This document shows, one piece after another, positions 24,001 through 29,831 of a stretch of DNA of 58,314 bases. How positions within the stretch are numbered: the stretch's first letter is position 1; every line of letters starts with the position of its first letter. Origin of the DNA: a virus; IMG/VR virus record IMGVR_UViG_3300017694_000094, positions 1 through 58,314 of that record. One strand, given 5' to 3'. Both the position numbers and the translations under genes were made by a program. A model generated the notes under the pieces. The model ran no database searches. It had not been told where the DNA came from and was given only the letters and a program-made list of their open reading frames with translations.

Positions 24001-25690
24001 AGCGGTCCTGCACCTCGGGATCATTCTTCGCGCCGGCCGGCGGGGTGCCGCCATAGACCTTCTCGTAGTAGCGGGCGAAGGTGCTGTCCGTGAACTGGTA
24101 GCGGCCCGATGCGCTCGACCGGCTGTTCGCCGCCGCGTCATTGCCGCCGCTCTCCGCCTGACGTGCGCGCGCCATGTACGATGTCACACTGACCTTCCCC
24201 TTGCGGGGCGTCTGTGACACCGGCGCGGCGGCGGGTTCAGCTGCTGCGGGCGTCTCGCCGGTCTGCGCGATCGCTTCCAGCGTTGCGGCTGGGTCTAGCC
24301 CGCCCGCGCGCATGTCGGCCTCGGCCTGCGCCTGCTCGTCGGCGGTCGGCCCGGCAACCGGCGTCAGCGATACGCCCGCATCCTGCAAGTCGGCGAAGAA
24401 CTCCTTCATGGAGCCGCCGCCGTCCAGATCGATGTTCACGCCCGGCTGTGCGCCCAACTCCGCGTCGCTCTGGTCGACGAAGGCGTCGCGGATCGTGCCG
24501 GTGCGCTGCTTGCCGTTGATGGTGATCGATACGCGCGTGCCGACCTCGGGCGCGCCGTTCTGCGTGAGGATGCCGTTGGCCTCGGTCGTCGCGGTGCTTG
24601 CGCCCATGACGCGCTTGCCCTCGGCGATCAGGTCCGTGGGTAGCGGGCTGGCCGCATCCGCCTCGGTCACCGGGGCCGGCGTGGCTTCGGCTGCCTCGAT
24701 CACGCCCGGCGCGACGCGCTGGCCGCGCAACCGCCGCGCCACCGCGCCCGGCGTTTCCACCGCGCCGCGGATTGCGCCGCCCATGAAGCCGCCCGCGATC
24801 GCGCCTGCCGCCGCCTGATCCGCCGCTTCGCGCCAGTCGAACCCGGCGTCTGTGCCAAGGTTCGAGCCGGCATATTCCACCGGCGACTGGAGCGCTTCCG
24901 TCAACGCCTCCGCGCCGAACGCCTGCGCGATGCGGCCGGCGACGGACTTCGCGCCCGCGCCGAAGATCCCGTGGATGCCGAGCCGTTCGAGCGCGGCGCT
25001 GCCGACCGCGGCCGGCAGGGCGGCGAACACGTCGGCGGCGTCGGCGTCCGTCTCGCCGTTGTTCTGCGCGCGCTGCTGGCCGGTGCTGCCAGCCTGAAGG
25101 CCGATGTACGGCGCGAGGCCAGCGCCCGTTGCCAGCAGCCCCATGTCCGCCGCGGACGATGCGCCCTGCTCCAGCACGAAGCGCGCCAGTCCGCCGATCG
25201 TCGGGTTCTTTTTCAGCCCGTCCCACGTCTGCTCGCCCTCGATGGGGCGGTTGCTGTATTCCTCGGCGGATTGCGTCTTTGCGCGCAGCCACTGCGCCGC
25301 CTCGCCGTCAGGATCGATGCCGACCTCCGTCAGCCCGGTCAGCGCCAACCGTCCGCCGCCGGCACCCAGCCCGCGCACACGACGCCAGAAGGATTCGCCG
25401 ACCCGGCCGAGTTCGCTATCCGCCTCGATCGGCGCGACCGCGCGCTTCTCTGCCTGCTCGCGCGCGCGTGCTTCCTGCCGGCGTGGAGCGGTGTCGGCCT
25501 CGCGCACGGTGCGGGCGAACGTCTCGGCCGCCTGCTTCTGCGGCTTGCCGAACGATGTCAGATCGAAATTGCTCTTATCCGACACGTCCTTCGCGCCGAA
25601 CAGGTCGTCCATGACCGATACGCCGATTGGCTTGGCGGTGTCCCGCTTTGGTCCGAAGATGTCATCTACCAGCTTCGGACCAAGGGCCAT
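12053..25690 (-). CDS. giant polyvalent protein (4,545 codons): SLT + N6-adenine MTase + SNF2 helicase + HExxH + membrane C-terminal region
   Basis: Uninterrupted 13,638-nt ORF. ATG 25690 lies behind GGGAG. All motifs read in frame: ESGGN/SGRYQF (24060-24154), EPGMGTGNF (20060-20086), NPPF (19880-19891), GAGKT (17792-17806), DEAH (17306-17317), QRNGRGLRQGN (16238-16270), HEFVH (15137-15151). Confidence 0.85.
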   Translation of the reverse strand: MALGPKLVDDIFGPKRDTAKPIGVSVMDDLFGAKDVSDKSNFDLTSFGKPQKQAAETFARTVREADTAPRRQEARAREQAEKRAVAPIEADSELGRVGESFWRRVRGLGAGGGRLALTGLTEVGIDPDGEAAQWLRAKTQSAEEYSNRPIEGEQTWDGLKKNPTIGGLARFVLEQGASSAADMGLLATGAGLAPYIGLQAGSTGQQRAQNNGETDADAADVFAALPAAVGSAALERLGIHGIFGAGAKSVAGRIAQAFGAEALTEALQSPVEYAGSNLGTDAGFDWREAADQAAAGAIAGGFMGGAIRGAVETPGAVARRLRGQRVAPGVIEAAEATPAPVTEADAASPLPTDLIAEGKRVMGASTATTEANGILTQNGAPEVGTRVSITINGKQRTGTIRDAFVDQSDAELGAQPGVNIDLDGGGSMKEFFADLQDAGVSLTPVAGPTADEQAQAEADMRAGGLDPAATLEAIAQTGETPAAAEPAAAPVSQTPRKGKVSVTSYMARARQAESGGNDAAANSRSSASGRYQFTDSTFARYYEKVYGGTPPAGAKNDPEVQDRLMRAMTEENAAGLTRAGIPVDDASLYAAHHFGLGGALSMSRNPTAAVDRAIVKANPQFAGMTNAQAMEWTARHIGGQRGATAGTAADAAPPAPIEEAERSRLLDEPLSTAQVELPAAPAAADTSSAVEQEPAPVADATVEPAAPLAAPVADRTDPVVSPPAAAPVTMPTITETPSGKGIAVAGASEAQLAAIAQAVPKARAVVNKDGSQVYSAKYRGEIEAALSSVTPVSTPAAEQSPQQMAVSDTLSGGMPVEEAAAVARRADQMRKQGARVTEPVTSEAVDDATFKKVWKSTEFKRATSALGDLPHRESPVAQDLVNGWSVGKAGNVQAILDYEISDRHQSTVVKAREGGGSGWNPRLSYLEGAYAAVMGEAAEVRAVRPPNRDVMGAAEAIEQITNKLDPQGAPAAPNTPPPAGNLRERAERVGLTRTPVESTDAFVSRVEAAEQAPPAAKPRATRDTAPVDAVTFLARNGGIRDDEGHALKRRSRNQGAGSRDLSQFAPGGGHVFRKNGMTLDEAGELLAEAGYFQERPTTRQVIDMLDRSAFENQYRPADAADVADRKAARQDETDREGARVFAERGLEEYGITDATAEDIDGVAAYMADGRSSLEAVEDYFRGKAEARSEDFYEQTDDAAFDIPFDEDAPRSADFGNVEGFESSPPVASAAEGRGEAGRATQEDRPVQADAFGEREGDQRRALERQSEGRSRATVAQKAAGSDGGLFDNNAGQPDLMDTARADQRAKQGARDPAPQPAAPKTVEAKTLAEARTAINNGDRVHFDYDGQYGKTVWVEQTPRGWTVRTQDDGSPVSFALGGAGAGGGFGKAEAMQRAVEEMMTRFNPPAPAVVTPAPAPAAKPSLRRATDKKNPNPWVRGGERYVFTAPVGYLGREGASTTYEVDGRPGQRSAFFRNVETGGASSLNNYEIEQGLKSGTIVRVDAPAAQAQESAQQNVASGRGEGSAANASKGVAAGETATYGASNKLVTTDRAAILREKLRAKMGQINSGIDPEVLALGAELAVFHIEAGARKFADFSSRMVADIGESVRPYLRSFYESARYYPGMDAIARDMSSAAQIEEEGRGDQGAVSDRDAGSSAADVQPAAQERSDGRAPASEGEGSRSDVQGSERGRGDASERADEGRRAPEGDRAAGAVDADRVPARAADAGRGRRDGARDSAAERVTGENWRIEPGALDEARGAAQKARDNVRAIEIVRELDASGAPATREQQAALAKYVGWGGLKNAFSDTGSGYSKGFEKIGPRVRELLTDEEYDTARRSVQYAHYTSEQIIRPMWDAVRAMGFTGGKVFEPGMGTGNFLGMMPAEIAARSQYQGVEFDGITARIAQLLYPQSGIRQADFTQGVLPRDTYDLVIGNPPFSQTVVRSDPNYGNLGFVLHDFFFAKSLDAVRPGGLLMFVTSAGTMNKVSDKARAWMAERADLVGAVRLPGGAFRENAGTDVTTDIIVLKKREAGAAPGPRQWVGTTDVMLPTRSGGTAETAVNSYFVENPDQVLGEQGLFDLLTAGERYGVRLRDGQDMAKDLPAALQRVAERTQIAAWTGPATDFDTETTERKEGSFYVGSDGRLMQQRGGLGSPVEGRGKGVKGGIPAADQERIRALVPIRDSLRKVLSADLASNTAAATAARAELNSNYDRFVQQFGPINKAEIRYQRPSVIEQESARAQAREEARLAGGFFNEGSFTPEDPNAKLAEIAAARRAARETAAALGREWDEGDFDPAEMPDKVIVKRPNVDAFMDDQEGYRLRSIEHYNDDTGEAQKGAIFFRNVVSQETVPEIRSANDALLYVLNRTGRPDLSEIADRAGISRSQALEDLGNSVFRVPGQGETYQTREQYLSGNVRQKLDMARAEAARDPDLRRNVAALEAVQPALLGPSDISANLGMPWIPAPVIQQFAESLGLSNVNAVYRPKLAQWSVHGNAYGAAATTEWGTGRRNAIELLNDALNRQQTNIYDTYRDADGKEQRVINPVETQAAQDKVRDMRAKFSEWVWSDDKRAGELVGLYNESYNNLVAPTYDGSYLTTPGIAESWSWRPHQKRVVSRIIQAGNTYMAHAVGAGKTSAMIGAGMEMRRLGLVRKPMYAVPNHMLGQFTKEFYEQYPTAKIMVADERQFHTDRRKQFVANMATEDLDAVIITHSAFGFIPVSDAFADRLLKKQIDDFRGILNELKAEKSSDPSKRITVSRIEQQIESMTQKLSGRKKRADQVFTFEETGIDFLFVDEAHLFRKLDFATKMGSVRGVDPNGSAMSYDLFAKTRYLEEQNPGRSHVLASGTPVTNTMAELFSLQRYQQASELAERGLEQFDAWAGAFGETVTALEQDPAGGYKPQTRFAKFVNVPELSAMVRQVMDVVTSRQLEQYVVRPKLKGGSRQMIVAEPTPALQEYQQTLGARMKAIEARRGKPKKGDDILLSVIGDGRKAAIDMRLVNPALREDEQSKLEMLIDSVSRIAEETKAKPFYRAEAGGYASTPAFTGPATQMIFSDLGINGDFQIHRYIRQRLIAGGLKDSEVAIISDYKTSVARQRLFNDMNEGKVRVLIGSVPKMGTGVNAQRRLYAIHNLDPQWYPANDEQRNGRGLRQGNMNPEIEIRDYSTKGTYDSTMWQMMETKARFIDGFFNGDPSLRSMDDLGEASQYEQAKALTTADPRILELTQYRQDLERAQLRKAGFERSVFAAAERVRLAEETIERQNAAIPEIEKDIAQRQDISGDNFKATVGGTEYTVRAEFGQAILDRMEEMAAKKTTVRDRKIAEISGFPLTVDVAVYGKDTSVTLYLNRNGEQQQRIRAETPDGIPQSAAAVLRGFESDLADARGKIERAKTDIAEYTPQTKKAFAGQAEIDELAGNVNRIESQLTAEASAKNAPLPPLPDGAKLSVTDEAAGEGADMDAVRAKLAAEAKRMGISGDRLVISTVNTLLNDNRVAGMYFNGVISVALDNGADPTATFHHEFVHALRDMGLFRGAEWVTLEKAARADAKIMARVKERYGSLDEAGQTEEAVAIMFAQWQGNRTGFMGAALGRIRDFIAAIRQLVTRTQTAGDIMRQIDRGAIGAREGEAAGGAPRESIMGDAAAPNPATVSEATEAAKTLVGRLGEGVDAWRVRLQDRMLPALRAEAAVERVIGRELRDDERPYLAEELMTGRVGAKMERLTDAHVDPLFAAMEAEGVSADELESFLYAKHAPERNAHVASINPDFADGSGSGMSDIEAAAILARIDRAGRTNAFERVADRVYGMLEFARNERREAGLLSEEQADSWDSAYEFYVPLRGFAELDNANERGSTGGMGLTVRGAESKRAFGRRSMADDIIAHSIMQAEEAIVRGEKNKVARAFYDLAKASPDPDFWTVNKVTMKRQMNPLTGFVESYPVRALVGEDADWTVSLKIEGKEARVTMNKANPAARRLAEAMRRLDEQKTSQALVFLGKWNRFLSSVNTSLNPEFIITNAFRDVQTAGVNLAGIDVPGLQRGTLKDWRAAMAAATRGAFGNETGEWGRWWREFTDEGGRVSYNQMQDLETLRKEMERRFDPKRRPNPTGLNTAPKQLAMIAMSDIKAAYGFIDKLNTGVENAIRLSAYKNARQAGVSAPQAASIAKNLTVNFNRRGQYGVLMNALYLFYNASIQGTARMMVALGNRRVQKVVGAIVVAGALQELLNTMLSPDDDDGEPVYEKLGEFEKSRNMILMVKGPWGEYLKLPMPWGYNAFHTLGRSIVRGAKGDRPMTVATDALMAFFEAFNPIGSGSLLNMISPTFADPVVDLTLNKDYAGRPIMPNDTPFGPKEPDNQRYWNNVNPVWKGVTDLLNVGTGGDEVVAGAVDVSPETLEYLFGMVTGGAGAFVDRTLAAPLKLADGDPETVLGVNDIPLARKVIGKKPAWYDKSAFYARLEEVEGVVDNAKSYAQRSGVAAARAYIAEEKPTVGLIGAAKAARKTMSEVRKARNGLELARDQKKIDAATYAERMAKVTDAEKRTITAFNSVYIKAIKQPLRP
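13040..13200 (-). other. hydrophobic (putative transmembrane) segments in C-terminal region of giant protein
   Basis: GVLMNALYLFYNASIQGTARMMVALG and VVGAIVVAGALQELL read from the translation. Confidence 0.4.
14950..15330 (-). other. zincin-like HExxH module of giant protein
   Basis: ATFHHEFVHALRDMG at 15137-15151 (+/-). Domain extent is guessed. Confidence 0.45.
16150..17880 (-). other. SNF2-type helicase module of giant protein
   Basis: WRPHQKRVV, AVGAGKTSAM (Walker A), FLFVDEAHLFRKL (DEAH), LASGTPVTN, and the QRNGRGLRQGN arginine-finger motif. Confidence 0.75.
19600..20330 (-). other. N6-adenine DNA methyltransferase module of giant protein
   Basis: KYVGWGGLKNAF lead-in, motif I EPGMGTGNF, motif IV VIGNPPFSQT. 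Borders are approximate. Confidence 0.75.
20464..20766 (-). other. frame-discordant segment A: 100-codon alternative-frame ORF encoding a helical domain (nested gene or displaced part of giant protein)
   Basis: ORF track 20464..20766. About 90 of 101 codons end in G/C, while the giant frame here is about half A/T-ending and low-complexity. AGGAGG lies 6 nt before GTG 20766. TAA at 20464-20466. Confidence 0.55.
21904..22023 (-). other. frame-discordant segment B inside giant ORF (alternative frame ends at TAG 21904-21906)
   Basis: Coordinates congruent to 1 mod 3 are G/C in 18/20 (21961-22020) and 19/20 (21901-21960), against 9/20 and 12/20 for the giant-ORF third position. The alternative frame reads LSPAQQKDAAKLAGQLRKIDQYKRTH. 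Confidence 0.5.
23770..24178 (-). other. lytic transglycosylase (SLT-like) domain of giant protein
   Basis: AESGGNDAAANSRSSASGRYQFTDSTF...LYAAHHFG. The catalytic-Glu context is typical of SLT/phage transglycosylases. Domain borders are approximate. Confidence 0.7.
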
Positions 25691-25694
25691 TCGT

Positions 25695-26516
25695 CTAACT
25701 CCCTACGGCGCGGCGGATCATCGCCTTTGCCTCTTCGATCGGAATCTTCTTCCCGTTGCGGAAAAGCCCCGGATAGCGCTCTGGTGTGGCACCGCCGTAG
25801 CTGGTCAACAACTGGTCAATGCCGATGTCTACCTTGCTCCGCGTGCCCGCGCCAGCCCCAGCCGCGGCGGCAGGCTGATTACGCCAGCCCGCGGCAGGTG
25901 CCTTCTTCGGCTTGTCGGCCGGCTTGTCGGCGGTGGTATCGCCGCCCAGCCCGAGCGGATCATAGGCGGCCTTCTCCTTCGCCACGATGCCCGTGCCGTA
26001 GGTCTTCGTGTTGCCCTGCTTGTCGGCGAAGAACAGCACCTTCTCGCCGGTGTCGGCGTCGATCTCTTCGCCCACCTTGGAGAAGCCGTCCTTATCGGCG
26101 GCGAAGCGCGCGCTCATTTCCTTCTCGTATGCGATCTTGGCCTTGTCGTTGCCAAGCTGGATCGTGAGTTCCTTCAGCCGCTGCGCGTTCTCGATCTTGT
26201 TCTTTTCCTTCCACACGGCCAGCCCGCGCGCGTCATCGGCGGCGGCGGCGGACGCGCGGCCCTGCAATTCGATCTGGTTGTTCTCGCGGTTCACCAGCCC
26301 GCTCAACACGATCTCGCCGCGACGGTTCTGGTTCTGACGCTCGTCGCGCTCGCCCTGGATGTTGGCGCGGAACTGCTCCAGCGCGATCGCGCGTTGCGAC
26401 TGGCGCTCTTCCTGCTCCTGTACCATGCGCTGCTTGCCCTCCATCTGGAGGTAATCGCCATAGCCTTCAGCCGCGCCCGTGATTGCGCCCAGCAGTGATT
26501 TACCGAACCCCGCCAT
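25695..26516 (-). CDS. putative internal virion protein (273 aa, start MAGFGKSLLG)
   Basis: ATG 26516 lies behind GGGAGGG. Charged coiled-coil centre. The stop is 5 nt upstream of the giant-ORF start. Confidence 0.55.
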   Translation of the reverse strand: MAGFGKSLLGAITGAAEGYGDYLQMEGKQRMVQEQEERQSQRAIALEQFRANIQGERDERQNQNRRGEIVLSGLVNRENNQIELQGRASAAAADDARGLAVWKEKNKIENAQRLKELTIQLGNDKAKIAYEKEMSARFAADKDGFSKVGEEIDADTGEKVLFFADKQGNTKTYGTGIVAKEKAAYDPLGLGGDTTADKPADKPKKAPAAGWRNQPAAAAGAGAGTRSKVDIGIDQLLTSYGGATPERYPGLFRNGKKIPIEEAKAMIRRAVGS

Positions 26517-27180
26517 TGACCAACCCTCCCGACTGCGGCGGTGCCGCTGGTTCTTCCTCGGCCGCTGGCTCGCGCACCTCGGCGTTGTCGAGCGCCGGCA
26601 GCACGGAGCCAAGCCGCCCCTCCTTGTCCGCGGTCACGATCTCGTCGAACTGCGCCTTTAGCGCGGCATCGTCGACAAGGCCCTCCGATTCCGCCGTGGC
26701 GCGGTATAGGTCCAGCCCCATGAGCCACGCCTGATTGAGTTGGTCCTGCGAGTATTCCTGCTCGCCGGCCTTCTCGCCCAAGTCGGCGATGACTTCGAGG
26801 ATCTCCTTGCCGCCGTGCATCAGCACATCGTCCGCCGGCTTCTCTCCGCTCTGACGGATCGCTTCCAGCACGACGATAACTGTCGTCGCCGCCAGCGCGA
26901 GCGGCGGCGTGATGTTGTCAAACTGGCCTGCCTCGCCGAGAATCTGCTTGAGGTCGCTCGGGTCGTCATCCAGCAGGTCGAGGATGCTTTCGCCCTGGTC
27001 GGCAACCAGCTTCATCGCACCCTTCACGAACGCATCGTATTGCGCCTGCTCTTCGGGCGTCGCTTCCTCGCCCGCATCCTCGTTGTCGGACACGGTATCG
27101 GCCGCCTCCTGTGGCGTAGGGTTGGGCGGTGCCGCCTGCGCATTGCCCGGCGCTGGTGCCGCGCCCATCAATCCGGCCAT
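26500..27180 (-). CDS. acidic hypothetical protein (226 aa), internal-protein block
   Basis: ORF track. Asp/Glu-rich, protein-like. Confidence 0.6.
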   Translation of the reverse strand: MAGLMGAAPAPGNAQAAPPNPTPQEAADTVSDNEDAGEEATPEEQAQYDAFVKGAMKLVADQGESILDLLDDDPSDLKQILGEAGQFDNITPPLALAATTVIVVLEAIRQSGEKPADDVLMHGGKEILEVIADLGEKAGEQEYSQDQLNQAWLMGLDLYRATAESEGLVDDAALKAQFDEIVTADKEGRLGSVLPALDNAEVREPAAEEEPAAPPQSGGLVNGGVR

Positions 27181-27183
27181 AGG

Positions 27184-28083
27184 TCAGGCTCCCACTTCGA
27201 CAATGGAGTTGGTCTTCGCGTCGTACTGCCAGCGCGTACCGGTCGGGGGCGTGTACGCGGGCGCGATGTTCGGCGTCGCCAGCGGCTTCAATCCGAACGG
27301 GTTGGGGTTGTTGGTGTACGAACCGCCGTATGCAAACTTGCTGGCGTCCTCATTGGAGTCCTGCTGGTCTGCATAGCTTCGCCCGTCGCCGCCAGCGCCG
27401 CCCAGACCCTTTGCCACGCCAGAGATCAGGCTACCGGCAAGCATTGGGTTGCTCGACGCGAAGCTGAGAAGGCCACCGCCGCCGCCGGCCGCCGGTGCCG
27501 CCGCCGCAAGGCTGGGCGCTGCGGCAGTCGCCGACATGGCGCTGGCTGCCGGAGCGATCGATGCGGGCGCGGCGATAGCGCCCGGCACGGCAACGCCGCT
27601 CGCGCCCATCGCCGTAGCGGGAGCGCCGAGCGTAGCCGGAGCGGTGATCGCCTCGCGTCCAGCATTGAGTAGCCCGGTGCTGCCGGTCGACGTGGCGGAC
27701 GTGGCGGCCTTTGCCGCGCTGGAGATACCGAACGCCGACGGGGCGACCGCGCCGGCAATGCCGCCCGTAACCGCGCCAACCGCCGCGCCCTTCTGCATCC
27801 CCTTCAGGACGTTGCCGCCAGCGACCGCGGATGTCGCGCCGCCGATCGCCGAGCCGAACCCGGCGCTGACGACGGCACCCGTAAGCGCCCCCGCCAAGGT
27901 GGTACTGAGTCCTAGCGACCCTACCACACCTCCGATCGCGCCCGCGAAGGTGGGGAGGACGCCGAGCGCCGCGCCGCCAGTGAAGACGACGGCACCGACC
28001 GCGAGGGCGATGGGAAGCACCACCTTGGCGACCTTCACCACCTTCTTGAACGCCTTGCCGATGGCTTTTACGACGCCTGACAT
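27184..28083 (-). CDS. Gly/Ala-rich membrane protein (glycine-zipper-like), internal-protein block
   Basis: N-terminal TM segment VVLPIALAVGAVVFTGGAALGVL, followed by repeated GxxxG/A runs. Confidence 0.6.
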   Translation of the reverse strand: MSGVVKAIGKAFKKVVKVAKVVLPIALAVGAVVFTGGAALGVLPTFAGAIGGVVGSLGLSTTLAGALTGAVVSAGFGSAIGGATSAVAGGNVLKGMQKGAAVGAVTGGIAGAVAPSAFGISSAAKAATSATSTGSTGLLNAGREAITAPATLGAPATAMGASGVAVPGAIAAPASIAPAASAMSATAAAPSLAAAAPAAGGGGGLLSFASSNPMLAGSLISGVAKGLGGAGGDGRSYADQQDSNEDASKFAYGGSYTNNPNPFGLKPLATPNIAPAYTPPTGTRWQYDAKTNSIVEVGA

Positions 28084-28574
28084 TCTTCGCCCCCTTGATC
28101 GATACGCATCTCGAACAGTTCGCCGTTCTTCGTGAACCCACGCCGCTCGTACACCTTGGCGACACGGGCCGCGCCGGGCAGCGTGTCATTCCAGGAAAGC
28201 GCGATCTCGATGACCTTGCGGTTCGCCCGCGCCCATTCGACATAGCCGTCGATCAGCGCCAACGTGTGCCCCATCTCCGCGCCCTTGCGCACGTACAGGA
28301 ATAGATCGTTCGCGACCAGCCGGTCACCTATATGATACACCCGCGATAGCGTGCCGATCATGAAGCCGACTACCTTGCCGCCCTGCTCGGCGACCCGCAC
28401 GTAGGATGCCTGCGGTCCATTCTGGTTCTGCGCCGACACCGCGCCCATGAGCATCTGCTGCATGGCCTTCTCGCTGATCCCCACGCGGGCACGATACTTC
28501 GACGCCGCGTGCATCTCGCGCAGCATTTCCGCCATGACCGTGATGTCGGCGAACTTGGCGGCGCGCGTTGTCAC
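28068..28574 (-). CDS. GNAT-family acetyltransferase
   Basis: QGGKVVGFMIG...LFLYVRKGAEMGHTLALIDGYVEWAR...KVYERRGF shows the GNAT beta4-alpha3 layout. Confidence 0.65.
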   Translation of the reverse strand: MTTRAAKFADITVMAEMLREMHAASKYRARVGISEKAMQQMLMGAVSAQNQNGPQASYVRVAEQGGKVVGFMIGTLSRVYHIGDRLVANDLFLYVRKGAEMGHTLALIDGYVEWARANRKVIEIALSWNDTLPGAARVAKVYERRGFTKNGELFEMRIDQGGEECQAS

Positions 28575-29803
28575 CGCACCAAACCGCCGCTGTTCGGGTT
28601 CGAGTAGAGCGTGTTGACGAAGTTGCGCACCGGGTCACCCAGCGACGAGATCGCCTTCTCGTAGGCGGCGCGCTCGGCCGCCGGCATGGCCGTGTTGCTC
28701 AACAGGCTCTGGCGGATCGCCGCCTCGGCGGAGAACACCTGCACCGCGAGCGTGGCCGCCTTCTCGCGGTCACCCGACGCAAGCTGCATCGCCAGTTGCT
28801 GGCGCGCCTCCTGCCCGGCGACGAGAGCCTGACGCACGTTCTGATCGCCGCTCGCTTGGATCTTTTGGAGGTCAGCGGCGGCAGCGCGGTCCTGTACCGT
28901 GAGTTCCTGCTGATACTGCGCCGACAGTCGTTGCATCGCGCTCGCGTCCGTCTGCGACTGGAGCGCCGACTGGATGCCGCCCTGAAGCGTGACCAACGCG
29001 CGCTGGTTCGCGGCGGCGGTGCCAGCGGACGCCGCCTCGATCTGTCCCTGAAGCACGATGCGCTGCTGCTCGTACTGCGACGCGGCTCCAAGTTGGGTAA
29101 GCTGCTGCGACCCAGACTCGCGCAGCCGCTGCATCTGCGCGTCGATCTCGCGGATTTGCTGCGCGTCCGTCGCTCCCGCGCGCTGGCGCTCCAGCGCGGA
29201 TAGCTGCGCCGCCTCCTGCGCGGACAGGCCGGACGTGGCGGTCTGCTGGCTCTTGAGCCGCTGCATCTGCGCGTCAATGTCACGGACCTGCTGTTCGGTC
29301 GTGGCGGCGGCGCGCTGCTTCTCCAAGTCGGATAGCTGCGCGGCTTCCTGCGCGGACAGTGCCTTCGTCGCGTTCTGCTGCTGCTGCTGCAACCCGCCGG
29401 TGACCTGACCCTGCTCGCGGATCTGGTTGATCGCCGCGTCGGCCTGCATCCCCGTGAGGTTCTTCTGCGCGTTAATGCCTGCGTCAGTCGTCGCCAGCGG
29501 GGTCGCGGCCTTCAGCACCTCGCCCTGCGCCGCGCCGACAGCGATCGACGAGTTCAGAAGCCCGCGCCGGTTCGCGCCCGCATAGCCGGCCGCCGCCGCT
29601 TGCTTCATCAGCGGGCTATCGGCGGCGATGATCTTGTTGACGTTTGACGCCGCGGAATCGTCGTACTGCGGCGCGGCGGGCATGGTCATGGCCGGCATCT
29701 TCGGCATGGACGGCATCAGCCCGCCGGACGCGCCAGCGGTTGAAACCGCGGGCTGGAACAGCTTCGCCGACATCGTTTTCATCTGATCGGCGACCGTCGC
29801 CAT
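28571..29803 (-). CDS. Gln/Ala-rich coiled-coil protein with internal 44-aa duplication
   Basis: ORF track, 410 aa. LSAQEAAQLSxLExQRA...IDAQMQRL occurs twice. Confidence 0.65.
   Translation of the reverse strand: MATVADQMKTMSAKLFQPAVSTAGASGGLMPSMPKMPAMTMPAAPQYDDSAASNVNKIIAADSPLMKQAAAAGYAGANRRGLLNSSIAVGAAQGEVLKAATPLATTDAGINAQKNLTGMQADAAINQIREQGQVTGGLQQQQQNATKALSAQEAAQLSDLEKQRAAATTEQQVRDIDAQMQRLKSQQTATSGLSAQEAAQLSALERQRAGATDAQQIREIDAQMQRLRESGSQQLTQLGAASQYEQQRIVLQGQIEAASAGTAAANQRALVTLQGGIQSALQSQTDASAMQRLSAQYQQELTVQDRAAAADLQKIQASGDQNVRQALVAGQEARQQLAMQLASGDREKAATLAVQVFSAEAAIRQSLLSNTAMPAAERAAYEKAISSLGDPVRNFVNTLYSNPNSGGLVR
29100..29365. repeat. tandem 132-bp coding repeat (2 copies)
   Basis: CCGCTGCATCTGCGCGTC starts at 29126 and again at 29258 (period 132 bp = 44 codons). 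The copies are diverged. Confidence 0.8.
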
Positions 29804-29831
29804 GACCTGTTCTCCCTACCCGTTGGCTATA

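Noticed and set aside
24237-26498. Cluster of long off-frame/antisense ORFs (24237..25292 -, 24971..26167 +, 25104..26498 +)
   Set aside because: Arg/Gly/Pro-rich nonsense translations that overlap well-supported genes. They are caused by the GC-rich third positions of the real frame.
29100-29365. CRISPR-like or satellite repeat
   Set aside because: There are only two in-frame copies inside a coding region, with no spacer architecture. I saw no CRISPR array anywhere in the window.
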